Below, in pieces: positions 56,701-64,000 of a stretch of 64,000 nt of DNA. The notes under the pieces are model-generated. The model made no database searches. It was not told the DNA's origin and saw only the letters and a program-made list of their open reading frames with translations. Source of the DNA: Chloroflexota bacterium (lineage in GTDB: Bacteria > Chloroflexota > Dehalococcoidia > FW602-bin16); the NCBI GenBank assembly GCA_004297765.1, contig SCTZ01000023.1, positions 2,130 through 66,129 of the forward strand. The letters run 5' to 3'. Numbering within the stretch: position 1 is the stretch's first letter; every line of letters starts with the position of its first letter. Both the position numbers and the translations under genes were made by a program.

Positions 56701-59700
56701 AAGCTGCTGGCGACATCGGTCGCCACTACCTGGTACATGCCAGCGGGGGACAGGGTATTCAGCGTCACCGGGAAGTCCAGGGCCCCGGTGTCATCGGTGG
56801 CCGAGATGGCCGGGTCGAACAGTCCAGCAGGATTCGAGCTCAGCGTAACCGTCACGCGCGGCCGGAACCCGCGCAGGGAGAAGGTCGGCGTGGCTGTCTG
56901 TCCGGCGATGAGCTGACCGGGAGCAGGACCGGACACCTGGGACACGTACAGCGTCGCGTAGCTGGTGATGCCGCTGACGGTGCCGTACGCGCGCAGCTTG
57001 TGGATGAGAGCCGTCGAGGCCGTCGGCTGGAACGAGGTGGAGTAGACGCCATTGGCATCAGCCACCGTGCCGAACCCCTCGGGGAAGACGCAGCTGGAAC
57101 AGGAATCGTCGTACAACCGCACCAATTCGCCCGGCTGGAAACCCTGCTCGGTGATCGTCAGAAGCGGTGATTCACCCGCCCGGTACTGGTTAGGGCTGAT
57201 AAGCAACGCGCCTACCATGAAAAGGAAGCTCGCGCTAGATCCGCTGGTTTGTCCTATGGCAGTGATGGTGTAGTCGCCGGCCGCGGCGTTGGTGATCTGC
57301 ACGCTCGGGCTGGTGTTGCCGGCGCTATCGGCGACTGGCGAGATCGGGGCAAACAGCCCGGCTGGGCTGGATTGGAAGGTGACGCTCTCCCCCGGCAGGA
57401 AGCCAGCCCCGTTCAACACGACACCGCCCGTGAAACCGATCTGAACGCCCGGCGGGTTGCTCCAAGCGTCGATTTGCGCATAGGTCGCGTAGGCGTCGAT
57501 GCCACTGACGCGACCGCGGGCGTACGGTGTCCAGCGCTGGGCATAATTCGTCGTGCTCTGGACAGTGGTAGTGATGGCGCCGCTGTTGTCGGCCTGCATT
57601 GTGAAGTAGTCGTACGGACCGCTGCCGAAGTCCACGAGCTCGCCCGGGGCGAACCCACGAGCGCTTAGCGTCAGAATAGGATAGCTTCCCGCCGGAGCCA
57701 CGCTCGGCGTGATGGAAAAGCCGGTCGTGCCCTCGACATTGAGCACGGCCTGCGCCTGGCGTCCACTTTGGCTGCCCGTTGCCGTGAGCGTGTGCACGCC
57801 GTTCGGCGTGGTAGGCCGCGATCGGAAGTAAGTATTGCTGAAGTTGCCCGCGCTGTTGGCGTTGAGTGTGAAGTCGTCGATGCCGTCCGATGGCGTAACC
57901 TGGACGTCTATCTGCTCGTAGGGCAAAAAGCCGCCGCCCGATAGGTAGTTGTAATCACCGCCGCTACTCATGTAGCTCCAATGCAATGACACACCGACCA
58001 GGTTGAGAGGAGCAGTGGTGAACGCGCCGCTGGCATTATCCGTAGCTTTCACGGAATACGAGCTAGCGGTGGTGAGATAGACTGGCTCCTGTGCGCTGAT
58101 GGTGCCGGAGCCGCTAGCCGTAACTACGAACGTGCCAAAAGGACCATTGCTGATGGTGACGTCGCCGCCCGGCGTGAAGCCGTACCCGGCAATGGTCAAC
58201 ACGGGATGCTCGCCGGCCTGGATCGTCACCGGCGTGATGCTGAGCTGCATCATATGGAAGGGTACGCTCATCTGCATGCCACTGCTCTGGCCGGTTACCC
58301 TCACGGTGTAGACGCCGGCCGGCGCGCCCAGGTTAGTGGGCAGCGACCAGTTCCAGATGTTGCCGCCGCTGTCGGCGACCCCCACCGTATCGGAGATGAG
58401 CCCTGACGGCGTGACACTAACGCTCACCGCCTCATAGGGCTGCCAGGCGCGCACGTGAAATGTGAGCGGGCTCCCGCTGCCGGCCGTGACTCCTGCCGTC
58501 AACAACTGCAGCCAGGTCAGATTGAACGGAGCGTAGTAGTCAACGCTACTGGAGTTGCCATGGGCCCGAATATTCCAGGCGTTGGAATCCCAATTTGGCA
58601 AGACCTGCTGCGTGGCCATGAAGGCGCCCGTGTCATCGGCCGTGACAGTGAAGTTACTGAACGGGCCGCTCGAGATGGACACCTGCTCGTTGGGCGCGTA
58701 GCCAGCGCCCGCCAGTGTCAGCATGGGCGTCGTGCCGTGTAGCGCCTGGCGCGGGCTGACCGTGAGACCGGTCTGCCCCTGGCTCACCACCATTGCGACG
58801 GCCACCGGCGCCGGGTTGCCCCCTGTGCCGCCCGATGGGCTGATAGTGACCGTGCCGCCGTAAGTGGAAGCATCCAGCTTGAACGGAGTCAGGGTAATCG
58901 TCAAGACCTGGCTGGCGCCAACGTCGAGGGTGCCCGAGGTCGGGCTGACCGACATCCAGCTACCACCATCGTTGGTCGCTTTGCTGGCGGTCCAGGTAAC
59001 CGGCGCCACACCGCTGTTGGTAAAGGTGATCGCCTGGGTGATGGCCGGCGAGGTGTTGGTCGTGTTCACGGAAAGGTCGTCCGGAACGACGCTCACGAAT
59101 GGCGTGGCCGTCCCGCTGCCGATCGAGAACGGTGCGCTGGCCGTGTACCCATCGGACCCCGCGGCCACGATAGTGTAGCTGCTCGTCGGCGCGGACGGAT
59201 CGGTATTGACGTCCACCGACCAAGCGCCGTCGGTGCCCACCAGCACCGTACGTGGGTCGAACAGACCGGCCGGTCCGGCGCTGACAGTGACCAGATCACC
59301 GGACGCATAGCCAGCGCCCGTGATAGTAAGGTTGTTGGCAATGGAAGCCAGCCCACTGCTGGGAGAAACCGTCACTCCGGTCAGATTGAATGGCGTATAC
59401 TTGTCCGTTCCATCGTCATAGCTGTAGGCCCGCAGGTTGTAACGTCCGGCGGCCTTGCTGGGATCGATGGTCAACGTCTGAGTGAACAACCCGTTGGCGT
59501 CTACGGTCGTCGGATTATCTGCCCACGGTCCATTCCAGAAATGCACAGTGCCACCAGGCTTGTAGCCCGAGCCAGTGAGTGTTACTCCGCCCGGCGTTCC
59601 GCGCGTCACGTGGCTGGGCGATGCACTGAACGACCCGATCGCGAAGCCGGTCGAGGCACTGTAGCCGGTGCGCGTGCCGGTCAGAGTGATCGTATAGGAG

Positions 59701-62700
59701 CCCTTGGCCGCGGTAGGATCGATGCTCCCAACCAGGCCCACGTTACCATTGGGATCCGTCTTCGCCGGTAGAGTGGAGGAGAACAGTCCGGCTGGCTGCA
59801 CACTCAGGCTCACCGGCTCGTTTTCGCCGAAGCCGGCGCCGTACACGAACAGGTTGCCATTATAGCCCGTGGTGACCTGCCCCGTGCTCAGCGAGACGCC
59901 GGTCAAGTAGAACGTCGCGCGTCCCATCGCGCCGCTATCGCCCGTGGCCATGACTACGTAGCGGCCGGCCGTGTTAGTGTAGATATCCTGCGTCGTGGAG
60001 ATGACGCCCGAGGCATTGGCTGGAATCCAGAAGTCGTTCCAGGGGCCATCGGTGAGATGGACCCGCTCGTTGGGCGCGTAGCCATTGCCCTGCATCTGGA
60101 CGGCCGGGCGCTGTCCCGCGACAGCCTGCACCGGAGAAACGCTGAACGATCCAACGTGGTAGTTCAGGGTAGTGGCAAAGCCGCTATTCACCCCGCGCAC
60201 GGTCAGGATGTAGCCGCCGGCCGGTGCGGAGGCAAGAGTGGTGATAGCGTACTGGAAGTTGCCGCTCCCGTTAGCATAAAACGAGACTGGGGCAAACAAG
60301 CTCGGGTCATTCGATGAGACCTGAATGGTCTCGTTCTCCATATAGCCATTGCCGTTCACGTTGAAGGTGTTGGCCTGACCCAACGTGCCATTAACGCTAT
60401 CGAGCCAGCTACTGACCTGATAATAGGGGACGGTGCTGATCGCGCCACGATCGTCCCAGACCTGGACGTCGAAGCGCTGAGCACTGCCGTTCGTGGCACG
60501 GCGAGTTACGGTCAGCACGCCGCTCGCGTCCACCGCGCGGTCGAAGTTCTCGAACGGGGCAGTTGTTCCGGTATTGCGCCCAATGTGCACGGTGTCATTG
60601 GCAGCGTAGCCCGACGACTGAATCAACAGTGGGGTCGATCCACCTGCAACTTGCCAAGAGGGCGTGACGGACAGGGTACCGACGTGTAGATCGATAGCGC
60701 CACTGTAGCCGCTGGAGGCGCCCGTGGCCACCACGTGGTAGAAGCCGGCCGGAGCGTTGATAGTCAGGTTCACCGAGAAATTGCCGTTGACATCCGTTGA
60801 CACTGGCGGCGCACTGAACAGTCCAGACGGGCTGGCGGCCAGGTTAATGACCTCGCCTTGATGAAAACCGCTGCCGGACAGCACCACCGAGCTCGGCATG
60901 TTGGCCGGCACGAGAGCCACGTTGAAACCGATACCGGTTTGGAAGAACGAAGCGGTATTCTGCACGCCGCTGCTGTTGCCCTTGGCGTTGGCCACGTACC
61001 AGCCGTTGCCAGCATCCGGCGGCAAGGTCACGGTTGCAGTGAACACGCCGGCACCATCCGCTGCCAGCGTGGTGTCGACCAGCTTGCTATATGGCCAGTA
61101 GGGCAAGGACATCCAGAGATGTACCTGCTCACTGGGCTGATATCCAGACGCGCTTGCCACTAGCTGTATTCCAGGCTGAGCTGTCTGAGCGGGCGTCACG
61201 CTCAGGATGCTCAGATTGAAGGTCGTCTGGGCCGTGTAGCCACTGGCGCCCGTCGCGACGATTAGGTACTGCCCGGTGGGCGCTGAGGCGGGGATGGTGC
61301 CCGCGAAGTTGAAAGCCCCGTTGGCATCGGCCGTGGCCGTCGCAGCGGGAAACAGACCGGACGGGGACGAGCTGAGGGAGACCGTCTCTCCGCCAATGTA
61401 CCCTACGCCGGAGACGCGCAGGACCGTGCTCTGCTGCGCACGCGCACCCGTGGGATTGGCGGTGATGGCGGTGAGTGAGAAGAGAGCAGTGGACTGCAGC
61501 CCCGAGCTGCGCCCCTTGATGGTCACGGTGTATTGGCCAGCGTTGTACGTGCTGACCTGCACATCGCGGGAGAGGTTGCCCGTGGCGTCGGTCTTGTCCA
61601 CGATGCTTGCCCATGGACCGCCCGTGATGTCCACAGTCTCGTTCGGGCCAAAGCCTGTGGCGGTGAGCGTCACCGTGGGATAGCTGCCCGCCGCGACATG
61701 GTTGGGCGACAGCGCCAGTGTCGTCGCGCCCTGGATGCCCAGTGTGACAGTCAAGCTCTGCGGACTGTTGATCGGGGTCACCAAACCGGAGCAGACCGCT
61801 CCGTTTTCGGCGTTGCACAAGCCCTCGACCTCGACAGAGGAAAGCGCATGATCGTAGACCCGTACTTCGTCCATCTGTCCGTTGAAATATCGCCCCCCAC
61901 CACCCCAGCGAGACAGCCGCAGAAACTGCGTGCCATCGTAGTTGATGGGCGAGCCAACCGCACCAGTGCCGACGAGGGCCCCATTGAGGTACACTCTGTT
62001 GACATTATTCGAGTCCCGCGTCAGGACCAGGTGTTGCCACACACCCGGAGTCAGCGTGAAGTTTACACCCGAGCCGGCCGCACCCCAGTTGAAGAGGCTA
62101 CCGCTATTCTGGTACTGAGCTACGAAACTCCGATAGTCTGTATGGTTGTTGTCGATGATGTCGGCCCAGGTGATCTGAGATGCTCCGGGCTTGATCCACA
62201 TCGAGAAGCTGAACGTTTGCAGGTTGAACCAGCTCCCCAGATCGACGTAGCCACTGCTGCCATCGAAGCTGAAAGCCTGGCCAGCCTTGCCCGGAACGAA
62301 GCTGACTCCACCCTGCGTTGTGCCTGGATGACTGCCCACTGCGTCACTAGCGTCGCCATCGGCCGGCCAGTAGTCAAGCAGCCCGATCGGCAAACCGGTC
62401 GCGCCGGTTCCCTGACCACTGACCGTGACCGTTCCGGTGTAAATGCCGGAGGATAGCCCGGTTGGGTTGACGCTGAGCGAGAAGGAGCCACTACCATTGG
62501 GGCTGATCGTCCCGGTGCTGGGGTTCAGGCTGAGCCAGGCGCCACCACTGACGGTCGTTGTGATAGCCTGCCAGTTCAGATTGGCGCCGCCGCCCTGATT
62601 ATCCAGCGCCACGTTGACCGATTGTGTTTGGGTCGACCCCGCATTGGCGTTGAAGAGACGCGGCGTGGTGTCCACGTGTAGCACTGGGTTGCCGGCCGCG

Positions 62701-63998
62701 GACGGCTCGATGGTGAACGTAGCGCTGGCCGAGAAGCCGTTGCCCGTGTCCTGAGCCAGAACCGTGTAGGTGCCGACGGGAGCCGTGGCGAGCAGCGTGG
62801 CGCTCACGTCGGCGTTCCCACTGGAATTCAGAGTGACGTCCTTCTCCGTGAACAGTCCCGGCGGCGAGCTGGACAAGTGCACAGAGCCCGACTGAGCGAA
62901 GGCACGCACGTAGAATGTCACCGCCGAAGTCGAGCCGGCGACCGCACGAGAAAGATTAGCGGATAGGCTCAACGGATGAATCTGCTGATCCTGCTGAATG
63001 CCACTCACGCGACCTTTCGCGTGCACCCAAGTCCAACCGTTATTCCATCCGTTTCCGCTGGTACTGCGAGTGGCACTGAAGGCGCCGTTGCTATCCGCCG
63101 TGACCGAGAAGTCGGCGAACACGTTTCCATGCTGATCGTTCCATAGGTCGATCGGCTCGTTGGGAGTAAAGCCTGCGCCGCTGAACGTGACGCTCGATGG
63201 GCTCCCCGCGGGCACGGCATTCGGGCTGAGAGCGAAGCTGCCGACATAATACAACGCCGTCCCGACGTACCCACTGGTCTGCCCAGTGGCGATGATCTGG
63301 TAGTCACCGCCCGCTACGGCGGCGATGGGAGCCGTATATGTGAAATTGCCATAACTGTTCACGGTGACAGTGGCGGTCGGGAAAAGCCCCGCCGGATTCG
63401 AGGACAACTGGACAGTCTCGCCAGCCCAGAAGCCATAGCCCTCGAAATACTGGGACTTGGCGGTGTTCGCCTTGGCCAGGTTGCCCCAGCCAAGGTTCAG
63501 CCCAGTGAGGTAGACCGACACGCTGTTGTCGACCCCACTCGAACGCCCATTAGCACGAATAGTCTGCCTACCCGCACCCCCATTGCTCTGCAGCGTGGCC
63601 GTAATGACTCCACTGCCATCCGCTTGGAGCGTGAGGTCCAGGGCGTTGCCACTGCTAAAGCCATTGCTGTAGAACGGATCCCAGTAGTAGTTCGAATTGG
63701 TCACGTCGACATACTCGCCGGGAGCGAAACCCATTCCCGACAGAGTGAACTGCTGGCCGACGGCAGGTGCGGCGACCTGCTGGGGCGTCGCGCCCAGACC
63801 GGTTCCGGTGACACTCAGTTGGTCAGTTGACGTCCAGCCGCTGGTCAATCCAGTGGCCGTGAAGGTGTATTGCCCGGCCGGTACGCCGTTGATGGCCGAG
63901 TAGTATGCCGGTGTGGCGCCGACGCTATTGGCCGTGACGTCGAAGTGATCCGACCCGCTAAACTGGAAATAGCCGGGAGGCGAAACGGTGAACCGAAC
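46689..63998 (-). CDS. Giant surface protein (>5769 aa, 5'-partial): tandem Ig-like repeats, LamG, BACON, shared core, IPT/TIG, seven CARDB repeats
   Basis: The frame stays open to the window end ([13 protein letters not shown]...). It contains repeats G.GF.P.E.V......AD..G......G.Y...A.G..SG, a LamG domain at ~61815-62385 ([25 protein letters not shown]) and seven [17 protein letters not shown] units. Confidence 0.95.
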   Translation of the reverse strand, partial: VRFTVSPPGYFQFSGSDHFDVTANSVGATPAYYSAINGVPAGQYTFTATGLTSGWTSTDQLSVTGTGLGATPQQVAAPAVGQQFTLSGMGFAPGEYVDVTNSNYYWDPFYSNGFSSGNALDLTLQADGSGVITATLQSNGGAGRQTIRANGRSSGVDNSVSVYLTGLNLGWGNLAKANTAKSQYFEGYGFWAGETVQLSSNPAGLFPTATVTVNSYGNFTYTAPIAAVAGGDYQIIATGQTSGYVGTALYYVGSFALSPNAVPAGSPSSVTFSGAGFTPNEPIDLWNDQHGNVFADFSVTADSNGAFSATRSTSGNGWNNGWTWVHAKGRVSGIQQDQQIHPLSLSANLSRAVAGSTSAVTFYVRAFAQSGSVHLSSSPPGLFTEKDVTLNSSGNADVSATLLATAPVGTYTVLAQDTGNGFSASATFTIEPSAAGNPVLHVDTTPRLFNANAGSTQTQSVNVALDNQGGGANLNWQAITTTVSGGAWLSLNPSTGTISPNGSGSFSLSVNPTGLSSGIYTGTVTVSGQGTGATGLPIGLLDYWPADGDASDAVGSHPGTTQGGVSFVPGKAGQAFSFDGSSGYVDLGSWFNLQTFSFSMWIKPGASQITWADIIDNNHTDYRSFVAQYQNSGSLFNWGAAGSGVNFTLTPGVWQHLVLTRDSNNVNRVYLNGALVGTGAVGSPINYDGTQFLRLSRWGGGGRYFNGQMDEVRVYDHALSSVEVEGLCNAENGAVCSGLVTPINSPQSLTVTLGIQGATTLALSPNHVAAGSYPTVTLTATGFGPNETVDITGGPWASIVDKTDATGNLSRDVQVSTYNAGQYTVTIKGRSSGLQSTALFSLTAITANPTGARAQQSTVLRVSGVGYIGGETVSLSSSPSGLFPAATATADANGAFNFAGTIPASAPTGQYLIVATGASGYTAQTTFNLSILSVTPAQTAQPGIQLVASASGYQPSEQVHLWMSLPYWPYSKLVDTTLAADGAGVFTATVTLPPDAGNGWYVANAKGNSSGVQNTASFFQTGIGFNVALVPANMPSSVVLSGSGFHQGEVINLAASPSGLFSAPPVSTDVNGNFSVNLTINAPAGFYHVVATGASSGYSGAIDLHVGTLSVTPSWQVAGGSTPLLIQSSGYAANDTVHIGRNTGTTAPFENFDRAVDASGVLTVTRRATNGSAQRFDVQVWDDRGAISTVPYYQVSSWLDSVNGTLGQANTFNVNGNGYMENETIQVSSNDPSLFAPVSFYANGSGNFQYAITTLASAPAGGYILTVRGVNSGFATTLNYHVGSFSVSPVQAVAGQRPAVQMQGNGYAPNERVHLTDGPWNDFWIPANASGVISTTQDIYTNTAGRYVVMATGDSGAMGRATFYLTGVSLSTGQVTTGYNGNLFVYGAGFGENEPVSLSVQPAGLFSSTLPAKTDPNGNVGLVGSIDPTAAKGSYTITLTGTRTGYSASTGFAIGSFSASPSHVTRGTPGGVTLTGSGYKPGGTVHFWNGPWADNPTTVDANGLFTQTLTIDPSKAAGRYNLRAYSYDDGTDKYTPFNLTGVTVSPSSGLASIANNLTITGAGYASGDLVTVSAGPAGLFDPRTVLVGTDGAWSVDVNTDPSAPTSSYTIVAAGSDGYTASAPFSIGSGTATPFVSVVPDDLSVNTTNTSPAITQAITFTNSGVAPVTWTASKATNDGGSWMSVSPTSGTLDVGASQVLTITLTPFKLDASTYGGTVTISPSGGTGGNPAPVAVAMVVSQGQTGLTVSPRQALHGTTPMLTLAGAGYAPNEQVSISSGPFSNFTVTADDTGAFMATQQVLPNWDSNAWNIRAHGNSSSVDYYAPFNLTWLQLLTAGVTAGSGSPLTFHVRAWQPYEAVSVSVTPSGLISDTVGVADSGGNIWNWSLPTNLGAPAGVYTVRVTGQSSGMQMSVPFHMMQLSITPVTIQAGEHPVLTIAGYGFTPGGDVTISNGPFGTFVVTASGSGTISAQEPVYLTTASSYSVKATDNASGAFTTAPLNLVGVSLHWSYMSSGGDYNYLSGGGFLPYEQIDVQVTPSDGIDDFTLNANSAGNFSNTYFRSRPTTPNGVHTLTATGSQSGRQAQAVLNVEGTTGFSITPSVAPAGSYPILTLSARGFAPGELVDFGSGPYDYFTMQADNSGAITTTVQSTTNYAQRWTPYARGRVSGIDAYATYAQIDAWSNPPGVQIGFTGGVVLNGAGFLPGESVTFQSSPAGLFAPISPVADSAGNTSPSVQITNAAAGDYTITAIGQTSGSSASFLFMVGALLISPNQYRAGESPLLTITEQGFQPGELVRLYDDSCSSCVFPEGFGTVADANGVYSTSFQPTASTALIHKLRAYGTVSGITSYATLYVSQVSGPAPGQLIAGQTATPTFSLRGFRPRVTVTLSSNPAGLFDPAISATDDTGALDFPVTLNTLSPAGMYQVVATDVASSFSASMDVLLAAPGNPILNVDPSSPAFVATVGSTSLQSQSFRVCNKGGGTLSFTSSSSTGSGGSWLSADSGSGLNAGSCGYYYARINPTGLTVGVYTGTVTLSAPGADASPQSLEVRLSIQPVGGPTAAVSPAFGSINVPQRLVIIGAGFNPGESVDVTSGIFDRSRTTADAGGQVSLERFVTYSSAGYAGRQSVTLTGVSSELSATTYYGLQRFDLTPASAVAGQAATLTADVWGMAPSETITFTATPGDLFTPFAATANSSGYVHATFSTLATAPVGTYVVHAVGESSGSDLQRQFSASQVSVNPLQWSYNNGQTPQLFVEGSGYAPNEWVDLWARRVNNLDYWGGAAFTDFPVLTDAFGHFGVTVQINPNIWSGDYDLRAKGRVSGMDFHTRIFQTDFDFHDSGGSNHVALIPAGTTTTVVLRGWGFQPGEGVTLSGDTAILNGQTIATASSAGDWQLTVPISATAGTYSLTASGDVSGYTSSSKQLGVGSASVTPNQWLTYESPTLTISALGFQPEEQVSITGGPFGDFAVMADVTGAVNTTRRVTSTGNYQQWTLTLTGAQSGVVQRVTLYQTYVWLSKSSSTATVATGFYAYGYGFKSGETISVSSSPTGLFDPTTITADAYGNKYASLTTRIDAAPGQYQVVFTGQSSGYQNSADFQVVAPGAPFMSVSPSSLTFGAVEGAGVPADQSLTIGNSSQGTTLSWTATVSNTIGGNWLSLSSNSGTAAWNSASSVTVRADSAGLSAGSYSGQIVVDGGAGTTNGYKVVNVRLDVASPAAQLTLNKSQLTFTTYTDTNPDPQSFRVSNTGGTGMTWTASTMTSDGGNWLDLSTTGGSLNAGGQVDVSVVITSTGLAADTYTGTITVTGDPATLNSPKTIQVTLHTNERPTQADMAVSPQTFSFNGQEGVPSNPSSSLTISNTGGTALSWSSSVATSNNTPWLTLSPSSGNVAAAGGKQVVGVNVNTVGLFAGVYTATITLSDANALHSPQVVTATLTMGAPPPPGLQVSPSLLTFVATQGGVNPLDQQLQVTNSGGQMLIWNATVSTIDGGNWLTINPDHGSAVGGNKNTANVHVSIAGLTTGVYSGTVTITGAAGTTDSPREIPVSLHVNPAPPIPLYVQVSADKMPPDSSYAPGETAVISATVTQGGTPITNAAAQARLVEPDGTQQLVALSQVGASNVYTGSITLGSALGTGVVYVTAGTPEGLTATGTVSIIISAHTLEFAGNQTFPTSLRQSDNGTVNVNVWNEAYVKEKTALELADVTGPTPVILATLDPVTALPRSLNSYNLGFSAAGLALGPHTLRATITKLPAVQDPDAVTEITRTVTIVEPRPQMSVNPLAPTVSVQAGGSVSQTITIENKGQGSSLTGITMSLVSRTGGTVYPWVSLSVTSISPLGYGGSSSFRVIASPPADTVPNGYQDTAIQINTDNGGSLQLPLTVYVDSNQHTTVVFAVSDDTGQAVTDGKVTLTSTVAPYTSRTVNLTPDGHGLAFFDNVSVGIPYSYNATAPHHDNAVGYVTADSLDTKTVPVVLAVQAIQTTWTVVPTTIEDVYDINLQITYEVDVPIPQLAVDPALFNYTKDPANPGGPMLLNNSSSTSGQMTIYNPSRITVNNVVVDASFVNGVNVTLAYDGQVGNKVTISSIPPLSNVTLRYDTSAYCPVSTLSSNIYVSADYTYFKITPTISLNENNWSMSGTAGIGVTKPMTVSNTGYNVATGITVSNPSYNWITVPHLLGDLGIGAMAPFPIVVNPPVGTPAGTYSEDLLITAGNSTPDNHLVLTVEVATDGSFTFQGAYTAGSVPPSTGHIQTIVPVRVYSCADPLPGSGGYSTGGGAPTLSFTSGGGVIFTYPSGTTPPNITPPPPPTPMAHEIIKLEIPQKATLERQAFEAALQTTNTSGTTLGNFQVTINVMDEQGSATNSSGQRYVDLFAITPPTESGYGSGHSIGDGQTATSEWTLIPSEGLGGSNPNGTHYKVSATYSYEIFTGGSEFPSTVRVTTEAVDITIYPMPQLLLDYYVPRDIKANQPVKLGVVVRNVGAGPAKNLTIVSGQPQIKENQSGLLITFALLGASLKGASIPANSLTLSFGDVPAGGQTWGYWVLGTDLDGQVTAFTATYTQQDYKGATLSPLILAVHTNIIVQGDIVPSGGQSLELVSPSQGVDPNALMNLTTGISTPLLTEYVTNSSPATSSVPTTTWCVAPNGGWVLSVVPDALPAVGLKSVLANYPDGTSAELYNGSGLVWRGSDPQGKKVYVVDTPRAGGDTCYAIAYDVNPVPTLMGISPMSAKTATPGDPAITLAVTGTGFVSSSVVKWLNIPLATTYIDSTHLTAMLPASNITSWGTGQITVVNPAPGGGTSNMLPFYVTDTGAVVTASSVGTSTNPGGTASATVGGTGVGTPGSVSVDASGSGTVAVATYATNPGQDPSFAATGGYIDVYVAPGSSFTSLTIVDCNLNGGTQVYWYDGSNWVLASNQIYDPVSKCVTITITDTTVPSLSQLTGTPFGAGAMPTPDLVPTELVALSLATPGQTVPLTWTVKNQGHGDATPSWQDRVYLSTDTTYDSGDTYLTSVTRSVILTAGNSYTLTQNVTLPKVVGSYYLLLRTDMYDVLDEADETNNTWVTPLTIQAPDLTPLTFTAPSTALPGQMVPLSWTVKNAGNQDVLPSWQDRVYLSTDTTYDSGDSFLTSATQSAMLTAGSSYTLTQNVSLPKVLGSYYLIFRSDMYNVVKELDESNNTSVVPLLIQAPDLTPTAFSGPSTAMPGQSLPLTWTVKNQGNQESTPSWQDRVYLSTDNVYDSGDAYVTLFTRETPLTAGNSYTVTQSALLPKVVAGNYYLILLSDMYGGVSEADENNNSSAIPVTLITKPDLVLTSYGAPSTAMPGQTVPLAWTVRNQGNEDAAPSWQDRVYLSTDTVYDSGDTYLASVTRSLTVAMGGSYSVTQNVVLPKVGAGSYYLLFRTDMYNTVKELDEDNNTVSVPITLYTKPDLVPTNFSTPSTAVPGQTVPISWTVKNQGNGDTSSSWQDRVYLSTNDVYDSGDTYLASVTRSVVVPVGGSYTVNQNVVLPKVAVGSYYLIFRTDMYDGVKELDESNNSLVESLTLVTKPELVPTALSAPGTASPGQAISVTWTVKNQGNGDAAPSWQDRVYLSTDNVYDSGDTYLANATRGVALPVGSSYSVTAGVTLPNLSGSYYLIVRTDVFDGVKESDESNNSYAVPLTLMVKPGPDLVPTDFTASSAGIGGQTITLTWTITNQGTSDAAPSWQDRVYLSTDNSYDGGDTYVTSVTQSVTATAGSSYTVTRSVTLPKVAAGNYYLVLLTDHFNGVKELAETNNSSAVPIAVTP

Positions 63999-64000
63999 CA

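Overview
GC-rich bacterial DNA, most likely from a monoderm Chloroflexota organism. This is inferred from the protein families and the absence of outer-membrane genes, not from a marker gene. The core (11.9-35.1 kb) is a divergently transcribed electron-transfer island with 24 CxxCH motifs. Leftward it encodes a GltD/NfnB-like Fe-S flavoprotein, an unannotated 33-aa membrane peptide, split cytochrome b6/subunit IV with the heme-ci Cys, a Rieske protein and a diheme cytochrome c. Rightward it encodes a two-component system, an 8-domain class-I cytochrome c lipoprotein, TPR and NHL proteins, an OmcS-like hexaheme with an Ig-like insertion, a stalked heptaheme and its own system II maturation genes. 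Together these are a candidate NAD(P)H/quinone-to-cell-exterior conduit, and a conserved operator architecture for it can be read directly from the DNA. The flanks carry a promoter-driven rod-shaped ncRNA candidate, a LAL/LuxR regulator with two identically spaced target promoters (a Ser-less hydrolase and a deletion-broken CARDB gene), VapBC, an aeRF1-like protein lacking GGQ, an RND transporter with an inserted LysM domain and decayed toxin-antitoxin loci. There are also several REP/MITE families and two very large CARDB-tailed surface proteins (2142 aa and >5769 aa) sharing a ~4-kb duplicated block. No rRNA, tRNA, CRISPR array or transposase gene was seen.
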